Sequence record: MZ311865.1 | Origin: Escherichia phage vB_EcoM_LNA2 | DNA: 64,000 nt | Direction: 5' to 3' (one strand) | In this document: piece by piece, positions 28,404 to 37,643 of the stretch | Layout of the letters: every line of letters begins with the position of its first letter | Position numbering within the stretch: position 1 is the first letter of the stretch | Program-made: the position numbers and the translations under genes | The notes under the pieces: generated by a model | What the model was told of the DNA's origin: nothing | Databases searched by the model: none | Seen by the model: only the letters and a program-made list of their open reading frames with translations

Positions 28404-28898
28404 TTAATTAAGAATATTAACTACTGCACTACGTGGAACAACACTAAAATCACCAGCATGAACAACGTTAATAAGTTCAACACCATCTTCAATCCACTGG
28501 TCAGTTACCCATCCACTCACTGGACCTGCGAACGGACGTCGAATTGAAACGGCTTTACACAACAAATCAGTAGGCTCAATAGGCTTAATCAGAGTACCGT
28601 ACATACAAGCGATGTCCATATCAAAGTGGAGACCATCTTTAACAGGTGCTTCTTCAATCAAGAGTTCAAAGTCGGTGCTCGGAAGGGCAGTAGTAGAAAT
28701 TGTACCGTATGAATTTTTAATTTCTAAGAATAACCAAGGGCCTTCAACTTGTTTGATGAAGTTAACAATAGTGAAACTATTACCTTGAGTGGCACCTAAA
28801 ATTTCACAAAACTTTTCATAAGCTCGCACTGAAGCACCGTACCAATTGATTTGTTTTTCGTCTTTCAGGATGTAAGTAGCCGTAGTATTGATATTCAT
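28404..28898 (-). CDS. paralog family member C (164 aa), unknown function
   Basis: C-terminal SGWVTDQWIEDGVELINVVHAGDFSVV aligns with paralogs A/B. Confidence 0.55.
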   Translation of the reverse strand: MNINTTATYILKDEKQINWYGASVRAYEKFCEILGATQGNSFTIVNFIKQVEGPWLFLEIKNSYGTISTTALPSTDFELLIEEAPVKDGLHFDMDIACMYGTLIKPIEPTDLLCKAVSIRRPFAGPVSGWVTDQWIEDGVELINVVHAGDFSVVPRSAVVNILN

Positions 28899-28929
28899 AA
28901 TGTTTTTCCTGTTTGGTTAAGATAGAAAG

Positions 28930-28959
28930 ATTATACTCCAACCATCCTTGGTTGTAAAC
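28930..28959 (-). promoter_or_regulatory. T4-type early promoter (GTTTAC-N18-TATAAT)
   Basis: Minus strand GTTTACaaccaaggatggttggagTATAAT; spacer near-identical to promoter 28372-28402. Confidence 0.55.
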
Positions 28960-28964
28960 TGCTT

Positions 28965-29642
28965 TTATCGCTGTTTTACACTTAACGGGTCAGGATTCTC
29001 AGGGACATCTTCAAGGCCAAGCGCATAACGCTGAGCATATTTTAACATCAAAATATCTTTAGCACAATCATGAATACTATCATGGGCAACGAATCCTTTT
29101 AGCGTACCCATCGGTAATGGACACATACTTAATCCTCGTGTCAACGAGTAAGCTTCGATTGCTGTACGAATATCACGTTGAGCCCAGAATTTAACCGGTT
29201 CTAATTTATCAGTATCAATATCTGGTTCAAGAACACCTTCATCACGATAGAGGTCACGAATCAAATCGACCAAGATTGGGAAGTCAAAGCTCATACCACG
29301 GCACCACATCTGTGATTTCCATTGGTCAACTTTATTAGCTCGACAATAATCTAAAAAGATTTTAATGCCTTCAAGCGTAGTGACATCGTCTTCAGACGGA
29401 GCCAAGTTTTTACGCGCTTCAGCAGATTGTTCTTTCCACCATTTCATAGTGGATTTAGCGAAAACTCGCTTCCCTTTCTGAGAAGCTAAATTAAATTTAA
29501 TTCGCTTACCTCGTTGAACAAGGTCTTCAAATGATTCAACAACTTCTGGGTCGGAATTATATGCAATAACCGCAAGGTCAATAACAGCCGCTTTTGATGT
29601 ATTGCCGAATGTTTCAAAATCTATAATAACATCAGTGCTCAT
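28965..29642 (-). CDS. dexA: exonuclease A (DEDDh 3'-5' exonuclease)
   Basis: 225 aa; N-terminal IIDFETFG Exo I motif; position upstream of dda as in T4. Confidence 0.8.
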   Translation of the reverse strand: MSTDVIIDFETFGNTSKAAVIDLAVIAYNSDPEVVESFEDLVQRGKRIKFNLASQKGKRVFAKSTMKWWKEQSAEARKNLAPSEDDVTTLEGIKIFLDYCRANKVDQWKSQMWCRGMSFDFPILVDLIRDLYRDEGVLEPDIDTDKLEPVKFWAQRDIRTAIEAYSLTRGLSMCPLPMGTLKGFVAHDSIHDCAKDILMLKYAQRYALGLEDVPENPDPLSVKQR

Positions 29643-29651
29643 AATTTTCTC

Positions 29652-30965
29652 TCAAATAAAATGGACGTCAAACCGGCCACGAGTTGTGCCGACATACAAT
29701 AACTGTTTAGCTAATTCTGAATCGGCATAATGGATACACGGTGTATAAACAAAGGCCGTGTCAACAGACATACCCTGAGCCTTATGGAAGGTTGATACTG
29801 GTAGTGCCTTCACCTTAGTGAACATACGTTTAGCATCCCAGAATTCGCTCCATGGAGCTTTACCACCTTTATTCCAGAATTTGTATGTTTCTGCTGTCTT
29901 AGCCAAAAACAAATTGAATTTATAAAGCTCTTCTTCAGAAGAAATAACCTTTATATCTTCACGGATGTATTCTTCATCATCCCCATATGTTTCTACTGTA
30001 AGATTCCAGTATCGTATCATATATTCGCCTGAAACACCACGTGCTTTAACGAATGTAGACGTTTCTACAGCATCTCGAATACGAACGAATTGCCCATTAT
30101 TGAAAAGCATTTCGGTCATATTTTTACCGTCTAGCTTATATGTCTTAGTAAATGGCTCTTGTAGAACAATGACTTCGTCTTTAATAAATGGTTTTTCTGT
30201 TTCAAGAAGTTTTCGGCGAATAATTGAATTTAACTTGTCCACCGACTTATTTGTGAATGCCATCATTCGATTTTCGAAAAGGTCTTCAGGAGTTTTAACG
30301 ACGTTAAAATAGTTCATCATATACGATTTAAGGTCTGTATATCCATGAACACCGTGTCCATCAACTACTTTATCGTAAATCCATTTGCCATTACGAATAT
30401 CAGTCGCAACATCAATAATTGGTGCATTACTACGTTTAACTTCTGTAAGGTTGCATTGCACGAAGTCTTTGTGAGTGAAGAAAGGACTTAGATACGCAGT
30501 TGATTCGCCTGGGTCTACCGGTCGAATTTGACATCGGTCGCCGATTCCAATTACTGTGCACCATTTAGGGATACTAGCTAACATTATTTTAAACAGAGAA
30601 CGGTCGCACATTGACGCTTCATCAAATAACAGTACACGACACAAGGCTAAGTCGGGAACCTTTTTCTGTTCAAACAATACGTTTTCTTCGTATGTAGTTG
30701 GGTTGATTTTAAGAATGCTATGAATAGTCGATGCTTCTTGACCTGCAAGTTTGCTTAGAACCTTTTTAGCAGCATGTGTAGGGGCTGCTAAAATAATACC
30801 TGATTCTCCAGAAGAAATAAGGGCTTCAACGATGAATCTAGTAAGGGTTGTTTTACCTGTACCAGCAGGTCCATTAATAGTTACATGATGTTTCTTTTCT
30901 TTAATAGCTTCCATAACAACGTTGAAGGCGTTTTTCTGGCCTTCAGTCAAATCATCAAATGTCAT
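29652..30965 (-). CDS. dda: Dda DNA helicase (SF1B)
   Basis: 437 aa; MTFDDLTEGQKNAFNVVMEAIKEKKHHVTINGPAGTGKTT... near-identical to recalled T4 Dda. Confidence 0.9.
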   Translation of the reverse strand: MTFDDLTEGQKNAFNVVMEAIKEKKHHVTINGPAGTGKTTLTRFIVEALISSGESGIILAAPTHAAKKVLSKLAGQEASTIHSILKINPTTYEENVLFEQKKVPDLALCRVLLFDEASMCDRSLFKIMLASIPKWCTVIGIGDRCQIRPVDPGESTAYLSPFFTHKDFVQCNLTEVKRSNAPIIDVATDIRNGKWIYDKVVDGHGVHGYTDLKSYMMNYFNVVKTPEDLFENRMMAFTNKSVDKLNSIIRRKLLETEKPFIKDEVIVLQEPFTKTYKLDGKNMTEMLFNNGQFVRIRDAVETSTFVKARGVSGEYMIRYWNLTVETYGDDEEYIREDIKVISSEEELYKFNLFLAKTAETYKFWNKGGKAPWSEFWDAKRMFTKVKALPVSTFHKAQGMSVDTAFVYTPCIHYADSELAKQLLYVGTTRGRFDVHFI

Positions 30966-31273
30966 CGTAAAGTCCCTGCAATTGGAATACTAACAATACG
31001 GCCTGTATCCAGGATTCGTTGATACAATTTTTGCGTCTCCGCATCTAGTTTAATGTGTTTCATTTCAAGCTTATTAAACCAGAATTTACGCGGAGTTTCG
31101 ACCATTCTTAGAACTCCCATTTTTAAATCTGTTTTATACTGTGTTTTCAAAGTATCGAAAACTTTATCTGCAATATCCTTTCTAAAAAATACTGCAGGAC
31201 GATGCTCATCAAGTGGAACCGGGACAGTAAATCCTTCCATATCTCGATAAACTATTGCATATACATAAACCAT
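30962..31273 (-). CDS. hypothetical protein (dda.1 position)
   Basis: 103-aa ORF translationally coupled to dda. Confidence 0.5.
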   Translation of the reverse strand: MVYVYAIVYRDMEGFTVPVPLDEHRPAVFFRKDIADKVFDTLKTQYKTDLKMGVLRMVETPRKFWFNKLEMKHIKLDAETQKLYQRILDTGRIVSIPIAGTLR

Positions 31274-31275
31274 AA

Positions 31276-32022
31276 TTAACCTTTAATCAGTTGGAATAAT
31301 GATGCGCTAAGTGGTAAGCCACGTTTCAATTTTAATTTACCAATGAAACCGATCTTTTCAAAACGTTGCAGACCTTGGATAACTTTATCATATGTATCGA
31401 AAAGCGATTCAGCGTCAGTTAATTTAGTTTTAGTTTTCCAGTCAGAGCCTTTAAGAAGAACGTTGAGTTTAGTAAGTTCACGGCCTTCTGCTTGATGTGA
31501 GCCATTAATGCGTGCTTTCAAAGCAACAATTCTAAGTTTAGATTCGTTAGATAAAGGTTGATTTTTCATCATGTTCGCCATATGCTTAACACGATTTTCA
31601 CGTTTTGCTCGGATTTTTAAAATAGTACCATAAACCTTTTTAATTTGGGCCCATTTCTTCTCGTCGAGATTAAGTTTCTCTACTTTACTGGCAGAAGGAT
31701 TAGCGATACGTCTTGCAATGGCATCACGTTTCTCAATAAGCTCTTCTAATGTTAAATCAGAACGAGCCGTGTTATATTTTTTCTTAACTGGGATAACATT
31801 ACCTTTAATGTAGCCTATATCATTATTAAAACGTTCTAAGGATAATTTCTCACCTTCAACAGAGTTATTGAAAGATTCACCTGAGTAAGCGCAGACCTTT
31901 TGATCAAGAATGTTTTTAAGGTAATTAAAGTCTAAGTTAAAATCCTTAGAGCGCCTCTTCGCAGAAGCTCTGGTGTGGTCAAGACGACGATTGATTTTGT
32001 TAATTTTATTATTAGATAACAT
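31276..32022 (-). CDS. Srd-like protein candidate (248 aa, basic)
   Basis: Size and position (between mod genes and dda) fit T4 srd; sequence identity not verified. Confidence 0.4.
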   Translation of the reverse strand: MLSNNKINKINRRLDHTRASAKRRSKDFNLDFNYLKNILDQKVCAYSGESFNNSVEGEKLSLERFNNDIGYIKGNVIPVKKKYNTARSDLTLEELIEKRDAIARRIANPSASKVEKLNLDEKKWAQIKKVYGTILKIRAKRENRVKHMANMMKNQPLSNESKLRIVALKARINGSHQAEGRELTKLNVLLKGSDWKTKTKLTDAESLFDTYDKVIQGLQRFEKIGFIGKLKLKRGLPLSASLFQLIKG

Positions 32023-32070
32023 AATATTTTCCTCTGTCTTACGGACGTTAGGTCATTTAGCTGATGGGTC

Positions 32071-32099
32071 TATAATATCATGCCCTCAGGTAGTGTACA
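32071..32099 (-). promoter_or_regulatory. early promoter (TGTACA-N17-ATTATA) upstream of srd-like gene
   Basis: Minus strand TGTACActacctgagggcatgatATTATAGACC; shares GGTCTATAATATCATG motif with other copies. Confidence 0.4.
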
Positions 32100-32174
32100 C
32101 TCCTTTTTCGTAAAATGCTTTAATTTTTTATGTGTTATAATGGTTCTGAGTTCCATCCGGTTATTCCAATCCAG

Positions 32175-32783
32175 TCAGTAACCGACAATAGACAGATTCC
32201 AGATTGTATAACGTCCATCTTGAATAATAGAATCTACACGCAGTGTAGTCCCTATAGGGAGCATAAATTCACATTCGTCAGATATAAGCCTAGCATTAGA
32301 CCGTCTTGTCGCTTCAGGGAAAGCTCCATTGAACTCACAAGATGGCGCAGCCAGAATCATGTTAAGCATATGTTCACGGAAGTTGAAAGCAAATGGCGCA
32401 TCTTTGATGCAGAACATATTAAATGTTCCGTAAAAATTATACGAAGCAAAGTTACGTGCTACACCGAACACTGGGCTGAAGCTCATTACTCTGTCAAATT
32501 TAATAATACTACCAATGCCTTTATCATCAAGTGTGGCCATAGTTTTCTTAGAGATTCCACGATACATTGTCTCAGGAACAGAAGATGTCCAATTTCTACG
32601 AACGATTGAACTTAACTCCTGTTGAATACAGTCTGGCTTGTTTTCCATACACTGCCAAAGGATGCTTTGTTCATTATCGTTGAATTGACTATCAATTTCA
32701 TACTGCAATTCATCTTGATATTCAGGGTTTTGAGCACGTCGAACCATTTCTTCAATTTCACACTCGTTATACGGCATAAACAT
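32175..32783 (-). CDS. modA: Mod-family ADP-ribosyltransferase (ModA-like)
   Basis: 202 aa; R-S-E type motifs (MYRGISK, SFSP, DECEFMLP); paralog of adjacent ORF; modA vs modB assignment tentative. Confidence 0.6.
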   Translation of the reverse strand: MFMPYNECEIEEMVRRAQNPEYQDELQYEIDSQFNDNEQSILWQCMENKPDCIQQELSSIVRRNWTSSVPETMYRGISKKTMATLDDKGIGSIIKFDRVMSFSPVFGVARNFASYNFYGTFNMFCIKDAPFAFNFREHMLNMILAAPSCEFNGAFPEATRRSNARLISDECEFMLPIGTTLRVDSIIQDGRYTIWNLSIVGY

Positions 32784-32840
32784 TTAGGTTTCTCCTGTGG
32801 TTGATAAAGGTATAGTATCATCATCGGAAGAGTTTGTACA

Positions 32841-33422
32841 CTAAAAATTCAACATTTTCAAATGAATGATTTTGTATAATCGAGATAAAGGGTCATATTC
32901 TAAGTCTTCAATTTCCACAATCTCAAATCTAGAGATACCTGAGACCATGTACTCTTGTTCAGATTCAATCATATCTAGGATGTCAACACGCGTTTCTTCC
33001 ATAACATGCTTAGGGTTCTTTCCGGCGAGTACAATGTTAACCATGTTTTGGTAGTAATCAAAAATGAATGGAGCATTCCTGAGACTAAGAATAGTGTACG
33101 TCTGATATTCCCATCTCCCAGAGAATTGACGAGCTGTACTGAAATCAGTTGTGAATGATGTTACTCGTCCAGGAGACCAATAGCATCCAACAGAAAGAAG
33201 TGAAAGACGTTCTACTTCTTCTGGAGTTACACCACGGTAGAGTTCTACTGGTACTGTAGAAGTCATATGCTTACGAACAAGATGGTCTAATTCATAGTGG
33301 AAATCCGGGTCTTCCTTAGAATCGGTGCAAGCCCAGAGAATGTTTTGTTCTTGGCGGGTGAATTTGCTATCAATCAGATTTGTTAGGTATTCACGTTCTT
33401 GAAGTTCAGATTGACATGTCAT
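32841..33422 (-). CDS. modB: Mod-family ADP-ribosyltransferase (ModB-like)
   Basis: 193 aa; LYRGVT, SF.TTDFS, SEQEYMV motifs; shares N-terminal ...NILW.C... with adjacent paralog. Confidence 0.6.
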   Translation of the reverse strand: MTCQSELQEREYLTNLIDSKFTRQEQNILWACTDSKEDPDFHYELDHLVRKHMTSTVPVELYRGVTPEEVERLSLLSVGCYWSPGRVTSFTTDFSTARQFSGRWEYQTYTILSLRNAPFIFDYYQNMVNIVLAGKNPKHVMEETRVDILDMIESEQEYMVSGISRFEIVEIEDLEYDPLSRLYKIIHLKMLNF

Positions 33423-33449
33423 GATAGACCTCCATTTAAAGATAAGCCT

Positions 33450-33478
33450 ATCATAACACGAGAGGAGGGAATGTAAAC
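33450..33478 (-). promoter_or_regulatory. T4-type early promoter (GTTTAC-N17-TATGAT)
   Basis: Minus strand GTTTACattccctcctctcgtgtTATGAT upstream of modB-like gene. Confidence 0.4.
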
Positions 33479-33638
33479 TACTTTTTAAGCTTTCCTACTA
33501 AAGGTCCGTCAGGTCCAGGTTGTTCTAACATGAATAAGGATGCTTTAAAAAGCAATGTCAACCCTTTCACCATTCGATACCATGTCTCAAAGTCTTTTTC
33601 CTTGATTTCTAGTAAGAATTTCTCTTTAAATTTCTCTT

Positions 33639-33827
33639 TCATTTCCAAGGACTCCATGGTGGAGGGTCGTCATAATAAGAGGCAAGGTCTTTCAGGGCTT
33701 CAACAGGTAAACTAAAGCCGTGACGTTGTATAATACTATCTAGTTCATCAACAAGTTCACTACGATGCACTTTAGGAGCCTCAACTTCAGGCTCATCAAA
33801 CATACTCATCAAGTCCATATTATTCAC
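33639..33827 (-). CDS. hypothetical protein
   Basis: 62-aa acidic ORF. Confidence 0.35.
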   Translation of the reverse strand: MNNMDLMSMFDEPEVEAPKVHRSELVDELDSIIQRHGFSLPVEALKDLASYYDDPPPWSPWK

Positions 33828-34284
33828 CGAGATAAAAACTAGCAGGTTCAGAGAATGTTTCTAGCGCTACACCTTTTGTCTTAAAAAATTTCCAAATAGC
33901 CCGTTGCAAATGGATTAAATCCGCTAATGATGTGATAAAGTATTTTTTGGCAAAATACTTATGGTCTCGCTTTTCAAACAAGTCTAAACGCTTTTCTGGA
34001 TTCACATAAACTGCATTTTCCGTAGATTCATAACCTAAGTCCTTTATGCCTTCTTCAAGACTAAACGGAGAATTTTTAGAACGAGTAATAGCTCCAACTC
34101 GCTCTACACGAATTTTGTAACCTTTAGGAATCTGCAATTTACAGAATTCTTCTACGATATATTGCGGATTATTTAGACTTTTGTTAATGAGAATAGCTAT
34201 TTCTAGTGGAGTCTTATCTTCTACTGGTATATGTTTAAACGACTTGGCTTCAAGCAAATACATTTTAAATAACATAACATCCAT
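33820..34284 (-). CDS. hypothetical protein
   Basis: 154-aa ORF in soc-modB interval. Confidence 0.45.
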   Translation of the reverse strand: MDVMLFKMYLLEAKSFKHIPVEDKTPLEIAILINKSLNNPQYIVEEFCKLQIPKGYKIRVERVGAITRSKNSPFSLEEGIKDLGYESTENAVYVNPEKRLDLFEKRDHKYFAKKYFITSLADLIHLQRAIWKFFKTKGVALETFSEPASFYLGE

Positions 34285-34490
34285 TATAATTTCCTCGATG
34301 GTTCACCCATATAAAGTTTTACAATACGTTCGCCTTCATCTTCGATGAGCTTCTCTTCGTGTTTCTGGAATTCTTTAGCCATATTCTCTTCAAGAACATC
34401 CAGCCAATCTTCTGGACCGACACCATCGTCCCAGCTTTTAAACCATTTTACTATTCTGTTCATTCGCAGCTCCCTGAGCTTGAACCACAA
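34284..34490 (-). CDS. hypothetical protein
   Basis: 68-aa ORF, ATGA-type coupling with downstream gene. Confidence 0.4.
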   Translation of the reverse strand: MWFKLRELRMNRIVKWFKSWDDGVGPEDWLDVLEENMAKEFQKHEEKLIEDEGERIVKLYMGEPSRKL

Positions 34491-34660
34491 TCAGAATAAC
34501 TTGACCCAGAATCACCAGGCCAAGACGATACGTATGAATGATTATAATCGGAAGAGCTTGAAGCATTAACCTGTTTTGTTTTTGGACGAACAACTTCTTC
34601 CATCATTCCGTCACCGATATATTCCCAACTTTTTTCGTGTGTATCAGGAATAGGCATCAT
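34460..34660 (-). CDS. hypothetical protein with Ser-rich C-terminus
   Basis: Track ORF 34460..34783; start moved to ATGATG 34655-34660 to avoid 110-nt overlap; C-term SSSSDYNHSYVSSWPGDSGSSYSDCGSSSGSCE. Confidence 0.35.
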   Translation of the reverse strand: MMPIPDTHEKSWEYIGDGMMEEVVRPKTKQVNASSSSDYNHSYVSSWPGDSGSSYSDCGSSSGSCE

Positions 34661-34673
34661 ACCTTCGCCTGGA

Positions 34674-34901
34674 TTAACAGCAAACAACTTCTTCAGCATC
34701 GTAAGCATTAATTGTTCCTCGAACAAAACGAACACCGCCATCGTCCCAACGGATTTCGGCGTTAAATTTGACGTCTTCACCATCCATCATGAATGAGTGT
34801 ACGACTACATCATCATAGTATCCAAGACCATACTTCAATGAAACTTCTTGAGCAATCAAAGCACCTAATGTGTTATTAGGTTTAATCCAACGATTTAACA
34901 T
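34674..34901 (-). CDS. hypothetical protein
   Basis: 75-aa ORF with promoter 34930-34959 upstream. Confidence 0.4.
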   Translation of the reverse strand: MLNRWIKPNNTLGALIAQEVSLKYGLGYYDDVVVHSFMMDGEDVKFNAEIRWDDGGVRFVRGTINAYDAEEVVCC

Positions 34902-34929
34902 ATTGTTCTCCTCTTAAGTAAGTAAGAAT

Positions 34930-34959
34930 ATCTTAACACAGTTTTTAGTGGTTGTAAAC
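34930..34959 (-). promoter_or_regulatory. T4-type early promoter (GTTTAC-N18-TAAGAT)
   Basis: Minus strand GTTTACaaccactaaaaactgtgtTAAGAT. Confidence 0.4.
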
Positions 34960-34969
34960 TGTAGAAACA

Positions 34970-34998
34970 AAAAAAAAAAGGAATCCCGAAGGATTCCT
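34970..34998 (-). terminator. intrinsic terminator (UUCG hairpin + long U-run) after soc
   Basis: Plus A10 then AGGAATCC-CGAA-GGATTCCT; on minus strand hairpin followed by T10. Confidence 0.55.
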
Positions 34999-35005
34999 TG
35001 AATTA

Positions 35006-35242
35006 TTAACCAGCTACTGGTGTAGGCGTAAACATTGCGGCGTTCTTAGTTTTCCAATCAGATGCATCAGAAACTACAGTAGAATATGCTGCCTTTTCTG
35101 ACGGAAAGATTTGGTAATGAGAATCCGCAATCCGATGTTCGTTTGAATAAATCTCAAACGGCACAGAAACTTCCATACCTTTAACTTCTTTACCTTCACC
35201 AGCAGGATGCGTAAAGGTTTTGATGTTTACATAACCACCCAT
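35006..35242 (-). CDS. soc: small outer capsid protein Soc
   Basis: 78 aa; GYVNIKTF...HYQ.FPSEKAAYSTV matches recalled T4 Soc. Confidence 0.8.
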   Translation of the reverse strand: MGGYVNIKTFTHPAGEGKEVKGMEVSVPFEIYSNEHRIADSHYQIFPSEKAAYSTVVSDASDWKTKNAAMFTPTPVAG

Positions 35243-35273
35243 AATTAACTCCTTTGTTGTTTAATTACAGGTG

Positions 35274-35281
35274 TATTTATA
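35274..35281 (-). promoter_or_regulatory. T4-type late promoter TATAAATA (minus strand) upstream of soc
   Basis: Plus tatttata = minus TATAAATA, about 35 nt upstream of soc ATG. Confidence 0.45.
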
Positions 35282-35288
35282 TCAGTAA

Positions 35289-35810
35289 TCAGTAACCATT
35301 ATCCTGGCGTTCAAAGTTGTGTTGGTTTTTCAAGTAGTAAAGTTTAAAGATTTCTTCAGCGGAAAGACCAAGACCTTGGAACATATTCAGAACAAAGTGC
35401 AGAATATCAATCATCTCGAATTTAATTTCGAGCTGGTCTTCAGGAGACAGTTCATCGATACGACGATTTCGATATTCAGCATGTTGAGCTTTCCAAGGCT
35501 TCCATACAGAGCTAGCGGCTTTTTCACCATTGCTCATACCACCAAGTGAAGTCAACAGTTCACGGAATTCATCATCAATATAATCTTTCTGATTACGCAG
35601 CCAATCAACAACATCGCCAGCAGTGGCCAATTCGTCAGGATGTTTGTTATGTTCAGGCTTATCATTTGCCAGACGAACCTGTAAAGATTTCTGCATATCA
35701 AGCATTACCTGCAGAGGGTCTTTATCTTCATGAATCAGAGCATTAAAATAAGCTTCTTCTGCTTTATCAACACCAGAAATAAGTTGTGAACATTCGTTAA
35801 AGTGCGCCAT
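35289..35810 (-). CDS. 56: dCTPase-dUTPase gp56
   Basis: Track ORF 35289..35825; start at ATG 35808-35810 (MAHFNEC...); DPLQVMLDMQ...ETAGDVV.W...DDEFRELLTSLG matches recalled T4 gp56. Confidence 0.85.
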   Translation of the reverse strand: MAHFNECSQLISGVDKAEEAYFNALIHEDKDPLQVMLDMQKSLQVRLANDKPEHNKHPDELATAGDVVDWLRNQKDYIDDEFRELLTSLGGMSNGEKAASSVWKPWKAQHAEYRNRRIDELSPEDQLEIKFEMIDILHFVLNMFQGLGLSAEEIFKLYYLKNQHNFERQDNGY

Positions 35811-35900
35811 TATTTTTCCTTTCAATTCAGTATAAGAGAGTTTAATTCTAACATTAATTTTATAAAGCGTAATAAATAATAAGGTAACTAAGGAGATATT

Positions 35901-36098
35901 ATGTTTAAACTTCCATCGTTAATCAACGCTATTAAAGGCAATAAAAAGAAAACTGCTATCGCTGCAATAGTTGTAGGTGGCATTATTTCATGGAACTTCG
36001 GGATTGCGCCATTGTTAGTTGCCCATGGTGTTATGGTTCCTTCTGTTCCATTGGATACTGTAGTTGATTTGGCCTTTGCTATTATAGGGCTTGTTTAA
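35901..36098 (+). CDS. small membrane protein (65 aa) on opposite strand
   Basis: Strong AAGGAG RBS 8 nt upstream; two predicted TM segments; convergent with gene 61. Confidence 0.5.
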   Translation: MFKLPSLINAIKGNKKKTAIAAIVVGGIISWNFGIAPLLVAHGVMVPSVPLDTVVDLAFAIIGLV

Positions 36099-37117
36099 AT
36101 CTTAGAATAATGAGATAATCTCATTTTAGCATGCAACCCACTTGAAATATTCTGTTTCATATATTCTAAAATTTCTTGTGGTGTTGCATTTTCTTTCATT
36201 ACCATATCATTCACATCCTTTGATCTCCACGGAGCTCGGTCCCAGAACATGACACGTTCGCCTGCATCAACTAATCGCTTCATGCGAGCTATAGTATCCG
36301 GATGCCTAGGTTCATTATCCATCACCCATACCCGACGTTCTTTAAATGGTACCACATCTAAATCTATTGAGCCGCCTGTAATAGCTATTGCATTGGGTAT
36401 GAATAAACTATCAATAGGGCCTTCCATTACCCAGACGTCTCCTTCCTTAACACGTTCAACACCATAAATTTTTGTTGCAGACTCAAATGCTTTAATAGTG
36501 ATATATTTCTGAGGAGCATCTTTACGAAGTGCACGTCCTTGGAATGACTCAGCCTTCCCGTCTTTATTAAAAATAGGAATCACTAAACGTGGTTCGGGAA
36601 TCTCTTTCTTATACGTACCAGGTTGAATCTTGTTGACCAATTTAGGCCATTCTAATGTGAACCATAATCTGTTCCATGATTCTTTAGGAATGCATCGAGA
36701 CTTAACATATTTCACAATAGGATGCTCTTCAGGCAGCTTGTCCAGACGAGAACAAGACGGCAAAGAATTTATAGTCTTTTTCTCCGGTTCTGGTTTATGT
36801 TCAGGAACCTTTTCAATCTTTGGTTCCATTCTAGCTTTTTCTTTACGAACTTCCATTAGATATTCGCGGTAAAGCTCTTCATCATACTCTTTTAAGTATC
36901 CGGAAATTGTATTGTGGTATTGGCAGTTATAGCAATGTACATTACCAGGAGTACCGCCATAATACCATCCACGAGCTTTCATTGCATCTGTCTGGGAGTC
37001 GCCACAAACTGGACAACGAAATGTTAATTTAAATGTGCTTGAATTATTGATTTGTCTAAAACGAGGTAGGTGAGAAAACGCACGATAAGCAAATTCATTA
37101 TCTATCCATTCAGCCAT
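36095..37117 (-). CDS. 61: DNA primase gp61
   Basis: 340 aa; N-terminal zinc ribbon CPVCGDS...CYNC and TOPRIM-like core; position as T4 gene 61. Confidence 0.9.
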   Translation of the reverse strand: MAEWIDNEFAYRAFSHLPRFRQINNSSTFKLTFRCPVCGDSQTDAMKARGWYYGGTPGNVHCYNCQYHNTISGYLKEYDEELYREYLMEVRKEKARMEPKIEKVPEHKPEPEKKTINSLPSCSRLDKLPEEHPIVKYVKSRCIPKESWNRLWFTLEWPKLVNKIQPGTYKKEIPEPRLVIPIFNKDGKAESFQGRALRKDAPQKYITIKAFESATKIYGVERVKEGDVWVMEGPIDSLFIPNAIAITGGSIDLDVVPFKERRVWVMDNEPRHPDTIARMKRLVDAGERVMFWDRAPWRSKDVNDMVMKENATPQEILEYMKQNISSGLHAKMRLSHYSKI

Positions 37118-37156
37118 AGTATTCTCCAGAGGCCTTAAATTAATAAGGCCATCATA

Positions 37157-37624
37157 TCACAACTTATTAATATTTACTTTAATTCGCTTTCTTTTCTTGG
37201 AAGGAATTTGTTCTGGACCTTTATTTACGACTGCACCTGTAGTTGTTCCTGATGCAACAGCTTGAGGACTACCGCCTGAATCACCAGCAACCATATCCTC
37301 AAATAAAGGGAGTTCTTTAAATATTTCTTTCTGTTGTTCTTCCGTAATGTTATAGCGTGAAGCTACAGCACTCCAGGCAGACATCATTGAGGCCATTCCA
37401 TTAAGACCTGGAACAGTGCTCATCATTCGCTTCATTGAACGAACTGAAGCATGAAAAGGTGTATAAGCCGCTTTCTCTTCGGGAGTAGAAGGACGTTTAA
37501 GAACACTTCCACGTTCATCGATGATTTTGGCTTCGTATGCTTTCCATTCGGTAAAAGGTTTTTGCATTAGCCGAATAAACTTATATGCATAAACAGAATC
37601 TATTGCAGTGTTAATAATACCCAT
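37157..37624 (-). CDS. hypothetical protein (61.1 position)
   Basis: Track ORF 37157..37651; start at ATG 37622-37624 preceded by AGGAGG SD. Confidence 0.5.
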   Translation of the reverse strand: MGIINTAIDSVYAYKFIRLMQKPFTEWKAYEAKIIDERGSVLKRPSTPEEKAAYTPFHASVRSMKRMMSTVPGLNGMASMMSAWSAVASRYNITEEQQKEIFKELPLFEDMVAGDSGGSPQAVASGTTTGAVVNKGPEQIPSKKRKRIKVNINKL

Positions 37625-37643
37625 AGGTACCTCCTGAGTATAT

